Assembly (NCBI GenBank): GCA_043819095.1
Contig: JBDRFF010000020.1
Span: 35,890 to 99,889, forward strand
DNA length: 64,000 nucleotides
Direction: 5' to 3'
Source of the DNA: Candidatus Omnitrophota bacterium
GTDB lineage: Bacteria; Omnitrophota; Gorgyraeia; VGKH01
In this document: positions 58,997 through 64,000 of the stretch, in pieces
How the letters are laid out: each line of letters begins with the position of its first letter
Position numbering within the stretch: position 1 is the first letter of the stretch
Notes under the pieces: generated by a model
Databases searched by the model: none
What the model was told of the DNA's origin: nothing
Seen by the model: only the letters and a program-made list of their open reading frames with translations
Translations under genes and position numbers: made by a program

Positions 58997-60993
58997 TATA
59001 AATTATTATTTGTCTTTTGCTCTTTAGGTGGTTGTTTGAGCCTGGAAGCTGTATAGGTACATTTGGGGAAATTGCTGCAGCCGTAAAATCTCTTTCCGCC
59101 TTTCGAACGCCTCTCAACCAATTCTCCGCCGCAGCCTTCATTTGGACACATAACTCCCGTCGGAAACGACTTTGAGAATCTACAATCAGGAAATCCTGAA
59201 CAACTCAAAAATCTTCCCCGCCTGCCCCATTTGATTACCATTTGCTTGCCGCATTCAGGACAAACTTCATCCACGAAAATCTGGGTTTTCTTAATCGTAT
59301 CCTGGGCATGCTGTAAGGCTTTCTTAAATGGCTTATAAAAATCGTTGATGACTGTCAAGCGCCTTAATTTTCCTTCTTCAATCTCGTCAAGATACTCTTC
59401 TATCTTTGCGGTAAAACCTTCATCCATTATTTTTGGGAAATATTTAACCAGCATATCAGTAATTAAAAAACCCAACTCTGCCGGAATAAAATAGCCCCTG
59501 TCTCTGTGGACGTAATTTCTATAAACGAGCGTCTGGATAATCGGCGCGTATGTGCTGGGCCGTCCGATTCCATCTTCTTCCAATGCCTTAACTAAAGATG
59601 CATCAGAATACCTTGGCGGCGGCTTGGTAAAATGCTGATTGGGAATGAGTTTAACCAGGTTCAATATCTCTTCGACATTTAATTCCGGAAAATATTTAAT
59701 TTCTTGTTCCTGCTCTACGTTATAGACTCTTAAGAAACCATCAAAGGTTAATTTTGAACCTGTTGACTTAAAATTATATCTTCCTGCGGTAATCTGCACG
59801 GACGTAAGCAAAAACTGTGCAGGATTAATTTGGCTGGCAACAAATCTCCTCCAGATCAAAGAATAAAGCTTGTATTGCTCTTCCGTTAAATATTTTCTTA
59901 TTGCCTCGGGTTTATTACTGACGATTGTGGGGCGGATTGCCTCGTGCGCTTCTTGAGCGGATTTCTTTGATTTATAAAGATTAGGTTTTGCCGGAAGATA
60001 TTTATCTCCGAAGTTTTTGGAGATATAGCCTCGAACCTGCTCGATGGCTGATTTTGCAACCTTTACGGAATCAGTACGCATATAAGTGATTAAACCCACA
60101 GGGCCTTTTTTACCCAGCTCAATACCTTCGTATAACTGCTGGGCAAACATCATGGTCCTATTTGCGGTAAAACCTAATTTGTTAAATGCATCCTGCTGCA
60201 GCGTACTTGTGGTAAACGGCGCAAAAGGATTTCTTTTCTTTTTGCTCTTGCTGATATCTGAGACGATAAAATGCTCGTTTTTAAGATCATCAATAATTTT
60301 TTTAGCTAGAGCTTCGTTGAGAATCTCAATCTTTTTATTGTCTTTCTTATCTAATTGCGCGATAAAATGTTTTCCTGATTTATCAGCCTCACTTTTTAAT
60401 TCTGCATTAATTGACCAATATTCCTGCGGGATGAAATTCTTAATCTCTTTTTCTCTGTCTACGATTATACGCAGCGCAACGGATTGGACTCTTCCAGCAC
60501 TTAGGCCCGAACCTACTTTTTTCCACAAAAGAGGACTTAATTGATATCCCACCAGTCTATCTAAGACTCTTCGCGTTGCCTGGGCATTAACCTTATTTAT
60601 ATCGATTTCACCCGGATGCTTAAACGCATCTTGAATTGCTTCTTTGGTGATTTCATGAAAAGTCACACGCAAGAATTCTTGCTTTCCGCCGATTTTATTT
60701 TTTATGTGCCAGCCGATTGCCTCGCCTTCCCTATCAGGGTCGGTGGCGATATAAATGCTCTTTTTACCCTTGGCAACTTTTTTAAGATGGCTTAATATTT
60801 TTCGTTTATTCTGAATAACAATAAAATTCGGCTTGAAATTCGCCTCAATATCCACGCCCATTGACCTTTTGGGAAGATCAACCACATGGCCCATTGACGA
60901 TTCAACTACGTAATCATTTCCCACAATTTTATTAATCGTCCTTGCCTTTGCCGGTGACTCAACAATAATCAATGATTGCGCTTTTTTAGCCAT
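58996..60993 (-). CDS. topA: DNA topoisomerase I (with C-terminal zinc-ribbon repeats)
   Basis: 665 aa; Toprim N-terminus (LIIVESPAKART), catalytic Tyr region, C-terminal C4 zinc ribbons (CPECGKQ..., CPNEGCGG...). Confidence 0.9.
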   Translation of the reverse strand: MAKKAQSLIIVESPAKARTINKIVGNDYVVESSMGHVVDLPKRSMGVDIEANFKPNFIVIQNKRKILSHLKKVAKGKKSIYIATDPDREGEAIGWHIKNKIGGKQEFLRVTFHEITKEAIQDAFKHPGEIDINKVNAQATRRVLDRLVGYQLSPLLWKKVGSGLSAGRVQSVALRIIVDREKEIKNFIPQEYWSINAELKSEADKSGKHFIAQLDKKDNKKIEILNEALAKKIIDDLKNEHFIVSDISKSKKKRNPFAPFTTSTLQQDAFNKLGFTANRTMMFAQQLYEGIELGKKGPVGLITYMRTDSVKVAKSAIEQVRGYISKNFGDKYLPAKPNLYKSKKSAQEAHEAIRPTIVSNKPEAIRKYLTEEQYKLYSLIWRRFVASQINPAQFLLTSVQITAGRYNFKSTGSKLTFDGFLRVYNVEQEQEIKYFPELNVEEILNLVKLIPNQHFTKPPPRYSDASLVKALEEDGIGRPSTYAPIIQTLVYRNYVHRDRGYFIPAELGFLITDMLVKYFPKIMDEGFTAKIEEYLDEIEEGKLRRLTVINDFYKPFKKALQHAQDTIKKTQIFVDEVCPECGKQMVIKWGRRGRFLSCSGFPDCRFSKSFPTGVMCPNEGCGGELVERRSKGGKRFYGCSNFPKCTYTASRLKQPPKEQKTNNNL

Positions 60994-62092
60994 TTTGCCT
61001 CACGAATAATTTTCCTGGTAATTGTTTTATCACATGCTTCATCTCCATCTGGACCAGAAGCGATAAAACAGAATTAATATTAAATCCGCTTTCTGCGACA
61101 ATTTCGTCGATATGTTTCGGAGCGGAAGTTATAATATCATAAAGCTGAGATTCTGTTTTTGATAAATGCAAATTCGACTCTTGTTTAGTTTCGTCTCTTT
61201 TAATCTCTTTCAGATGAATCTCAAGTTGCGGTTTTAATTCCTCGATTATATCTTCAACGCAATTGACAAGCTTCGCGCCTTGCTTAATTAATCTGTTTGT
61301 ACCAAATGATGTTATGGAATCTACTTTTCCCGGAATTGCGAAAACTTCTCTTCCCTGTTCCAAAGCAAAATCCGCTGTAATCAAAGCGCCGCTGTTTTTC
61401 GCAGCTTCAACTACAATCACGCCTAAAGATAGGCCGCTGATGATTCTGTTTCTGCGGGGAAAATTATGCGCTAAGGGTTTTGCCTTCATAGGAAATTCTG
61501 AAATCACTGCGCCGTTTTTAGAAATCTCATCAAATAATTTTTTATTTTCCGGTGGATAAATCTCCGCGAGCCCGCTTCCTAAAACCGCAATTGTCCTTGA
61601 TTTTGATTTTAATGCGCCTCGATGCGCGCTTGAATCTATGCCCCGCGCCATTCCGGATACAACTGTAATTCCTAATCCGGATAATTCCTGGCTAAATTTT
61701 TCTGCAGTGGATAATCCGTAATATGAAGCGCGTCGCGAACCAACAATCGCAATTGACATCTCATCCTGCGGTAAAACTTTTCCTTTAACGTATAAAACTA
61801 CTGGCGGATCAGAAATTTCTTTTAATCTCACAGGATATCCCTTATCATTAATAGTCAGGATTTGAACTCCGTGTTTTTTAGCTAAAGATAATTCTTCTTC
61901 TAATTGATCTTTAGAAGCCTTTGAAATCTCATTAGTGATTTTTTCAGAAATTCCATCAATATCTTTTAATTGTGATTTTGAAGCGGAAAGGATTTCGCCA
62001 GCTGTACCAAATTTATCCAACAATCGTTTTAATTTTATGCTTCCGATTCCCGAGATAGTATTTAAAAGTAAAAGTGATTCTTTTTCTGTCAT
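60986..62092 (-). CDS. dprA: DNA processing protein DprA (Smf)
   Basis: 368 aa; Rossmann-like core with GMARGIDSSAHRGAL and C-terminal winged helix. Conserved dprA-topA linkage. Confidence 0.85.
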   Translation of the reverse strand: MTEKESLLLLNTISGIGSIKLKRLLDKFGTAGEILSASKSQLKDIDGISEKITNEISKASKDQLEEELSLAKKHGVQILTINDKGYPVRLKEISDPPVVLYVKGKVLPQDEMSIAIVGSRRASYYGLSTAEKFSQELSGLGITVVSGMARGIDSSAHRGALKSKSRTIAVLGSGLAEIYPPENKKLFDEISKNGAVISEFPMKAKPLAHNFPRRNRIISGLSLGVIVVEAAKNSGALITADFALEQGREVFAIPGKVDSITSFGTNRLIKQGAKLVNCVEDIIEELKPQLEIHLKEIKRDETKQESNLHLSKTESQLYDIITSAPKHIDEIVAESGFNINSVLSLLVQMEMKHVIKQLPGKLFVRQNG

Positions 62093-62601
62093 TTCTTTAT
62101 AATCTCTAGAACGTTATCAACTACATCTTCAACTTCCATTTCCGATGTATCAATAGTAAAATCCGCCTGATTATAAAATTGCATGCGAGATTCTAATATC
62201 TTCTCGATTTCTTTTTTAGGATCTTTTACATTTAAAAGCGGACGATGCTTGTAGCTTTTGGTACGCTGAAAAATTACATTCGGCGTTGCATGAAGATAGA
62301 TAATTACTCCATTTTTGCTCAGATTCGACATATTTTCTTTATCCAGCACAACTCCACCGCCGCAGGCAATCACCAGTCCGTCTTTGCTACAGAGATCTTT
62401 AATGACCTCTTTTTCTATTTTGCGGAAATAGACTTCGCCGCTTTTGGCAAAGATATCCGTAATCGGCTGGTGTTCTCTTTCAACGATAATATCATCCGAA
62501 TCAACAAAGCGCATACCCAGCCGCTTAGACAGTTCTTTACCCACAACGGTCTTTCCCGCGCCCATAAATCCCACCAAAGCTATATTTTTCTTCATTTGCA
62601 T
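62089..62601 (-). CDS. aroK: Shikimate kinase
   Basis: P-loop GFMGAGKT begins ~10 codons after Met at 62601/62595. The ORF-track start at 62649 is a GTG giving a 16-aa extension that contains a strong predicted promoter, so the shorter start is preferred. Confidence 0.8.
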   Translation of the reverse strand: MQMKKNIALVGFMGAGKTVVGKELSKRLGMRFVDSDDIIVEREHQPITDIFAKSGEVYFRKIEKEVIKDLCSKDGLVIACGGGVVLDKENMSNLSKNGVIIYLHATPNVIFQRTKSYKHRPLLNVKDPKKEIEKILESRMQFYNQADFTIDTSEMEVEDVVDNVLEIIKK

Positions 62602-62639
62602 AACTTTAATCAAATCAAGGGGTTTTTGACGTAAGTGAA

Positions 62640-62668
62640 ATTCTATCACATAAAATCTGCTGTGTCAA
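62640..62668 (-). promoter_or_regulatory. Predicted sigma70-type promoter for the aroK-dprA-topA operon
   Basis: On the minus strand: TTGACA (62668-62663) - 17 nt spacer - TAGAAT (62645-62640). It lies ~40 nt upstream of the preferred aroK start and inside the GTG-initiated ORF extension. Confidence 0.5.
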
Positions 62669-62694
62669 ACCTTTACGCAACCCCCAAAGAAACA

Positions 62695-62729
62695 GCCCGG
62701 CCAGCTATATATTGCATAGCTGGCCGGGC
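62695..62729 (-). terminator. GC-rich perfect 14-bp hairpin downstream of aroC (candidate terminator/attenuator)
   Basis: gcccggccagctat-atattgc-atagctggccgggc. On the minus strand it is followed by UGUUUCUUUGGGGG. Confidence 0.45.
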
Positions 62730-62749
62730 CTATAATCAATATTTTCTGT

Positions 62750-63787
62750 TTAAATCGACTTTAAATAGGCTTGATAGCTCATCCTTATCTGATTCAGGCT
62801 ATCTGAGCCGAATTTCTCCAAGAAAGCATCAGCCAGGACAATCGCAACCGCACCTTCGGCGATCACGCCTGCAGCCATAACCGCAGATGTATCTGCCCGC
62901 TGCACAGTTGCCTTGGTCGGCTTTCTGGAATTAATATTTACTGAAGTCAGCGGAACCGGTAAGCTTGATATTGGCTTCATGTAAGCCCGAATAATTATCG
63001 GCTCGCCATTGCTCAATCCGCCTTCAATGCCGCCGGCATTGTTTGATTTCCTGTAAAATCCTTTTTTCTTGGAATAAAAGATCTCATCATGGACCTCTGA
63101 GCCTCTTAAGAAAGCAAAACTGCTTCCCAGTCCGAATTCCACTGCCTTTATACCTGGAATTGACATAATCGCTTGAGCTAATCGGCCGTCTAGCCGCATA
63201 TCTGCTTGAGCATAACTTCCTAAGCCAACAGGAACGCCTTTTGCCACGACCTCAAATACTCCGCCGAGCGTATCATTTTCCCGACGAGCATCTCTGATTT
63301 CTTGCTTTATATTAGCTGGCAATACTTCTGCGCCAACAGATAAGAGTTTACTTTGGATTTTTATCTTGAAATTGCCAAGTAGGATCTTACACACCGCGCC
63401 GGCTGCAACTCTGATTGCTGTCTCGCGCGCTGATGCCCGTTCTAATACGCAACGGATATTGTTAAATCCGTATTTTAATGTGCCGGCTAAATCCGCATGT
63501 CCCGGACGAGGTGCGCTAATAGCCGCAAGTCTATCAATACTGAAATCGCGATTATCGATTTTTAAGCAAATCGGGCTTCCGATAGTCTTTTGCTTAATCA
63601 GACCGGATAAAATTTCAACTTTATCCTTTTCTATCTTCATGCGCTTGCCGCGGCCAAATCCGGATTGCCTTCTGGCTAATTCCTTATCAATGACCTTTTT
63701 GTCAATGCGCAGGCCCGCTGGAACACCTTGTAAAATCGCAACCAAGGATCTTCCGTGCGATTCACCTGCAGATAAGAATCTTAACAT
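62750..63787 (-). CDS. aroC: Chorismate synthase
   Basis: 345 aa; MLRFLSAGESHGRSLVAILQGVPAG N-terminus and GRSSARETA-like motifs. GGAGG SD 6 nt upstream. Confidence 0.9.
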   Translation of the reverse strand: MLRFLSAGESHGRSLVAILQGVPAGLRIDKKVIDKELARRQSGFGRGKRMKIEKDKVEILSGLIKQKTIGSPICLKIDNRDFSIDRLAAISAPRPGHADLAGTLKYGFNNIRCVLERASARETAIRVAAGAVCKILLGNFKIKIQSKLLSVGAEVLPANIKQEIRDARRENDTLGGVFEVVAKGVPVGLGSYAQADMRLDGRLAQAIMSIPGIKAVEFGLGSSFAFLRGSEVHDEIFYSKKKGFYRKSNNAGGIEGGLSNGEPIIIRAYMKPISSLPVPLTSVNINSRKPTKATVQRADTSAVMAAGVIAEGAVAIVLADAFLEKFGSDSLNQIRMSYQAYLKSI

Positions 63788-63800
63788 CTATTACCTCCAT

Positions 63801-64000
63801 TTAAAAATAAAATGCTCGTGTGAAGAAATATATTAATTCTTCTCCGAAAAACAAGCTTATAATCGCCGCTACCACGATAAACGGGCCAAAGGCGATTAAG
63901 CTCCCCTTTGTCTTAATCTTTATTATTATACCTGTAATTGCGGCTAAAATACAGGATAAAAATAAAGTCACCAGAGCCTGCTGCCAGCCTAAAAATGCGC
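63801..64000 (-). CDS. Prepilin peptidase (A24 family), C-terminal fragment; 5' part lies beyond window end
   Basis: Manual translation of the reverse strand ending at TAA (63803-63801) gives ...AAITGIIIKIKTKGSLIAFGPFIVVAAIISLFFGEELIYFF. This carries the characteristic C-terminal G..(I/L/P)FGPF(L/I) motif of PilD-like peptidases. Confidence 0.45.
   Translation of the reverse strand, partial: AFLGWQQALVTLFLSCILAAITGIIIKIKTKGSLIAFGPFIVVAAIISLFFGEELIYFFTRAFYF

Noticed and set aside
62602-62649. N-terminal 16-aa extension of aroK from the GTG at 62649
   Set aside because: It contains the predicted -10 hexamer of the aroK promoter and precedes the P-loop by an atypically long leader. The shorter start is preferred.

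Overview
This is a 64 kb AT-rich window (roughly 38-40% GC by eye) from a bacterium that looks like an anaerobic diderm. Every protein-coding gene I can support (about 63) lies on the minus strand. No tRNA or rRNA genes, CRISPR arrays, transposases or phage genes were seen. All identifications come from reading the ORF-track translations against remembered family signatures, because no searches could be run.

Gene content from high to low coordinate:
1. A prepilin-peptidase 3' fragment at the window end, then aroC-aroK-dprA-topA-xerC/D.
2. A long LPS/Kdo2-lipid A operon: waaA, lpxK, an LpxL-ELM1-like fusion, a GT4-GT9 fusion, GT4, GT9, a tandem GT9-GT9, a deoxyhypusine-synthase-like ORF, a heptose kinase, kdsB-kdsA-kdsD-kdsC, an LptA-like ORF and lptB.
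3. tig (lacking its PPIase domain), clpP, a class V aminotransferase, and serA.
4. A candidate thiol-disulfide redox pair: a DUF1573-CcdA/DsbD fusion next to a secreted phosphoesterase/thioredoxin-like protein.
5. An HMGL-like synthase, purA, and an OmpA-like/coiled-coil pair.
6. uppS-cdsA-dxr-rseP-(HD-GYP/GAF/HAMP)-ispG.
7. proS (INS editing domain replaced by a Zn ribbon), rimP-nusA-infB, trpS, scpA, ruvB.
8. A queuosine-centred block (queH, queA, tgt, trmD, rplS, rnhB, yraN).
9. A compact Wood-Ljungdahl cluster: fhs, a small membrane ORF, fchA, folD, metF, cooS/acsA, cooF, an FAD/NAD oxidoreductase, and the 5' end of acsB running off the window start.

The most unusual sequence-level features:
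- A family of at least five modular, nested-palindrome intergenic repeat elements (about 180-290 bp) at operon junctions. Three of the five punctuate the Wood-Ljungdahl cluster, and two carry the stop codons of the upstream genes.
- A roughly 95-bp imperfect palindrome between cooS and cooF, built from eight ATCTGCGT-like 8-mers at about 11-bp spacing.
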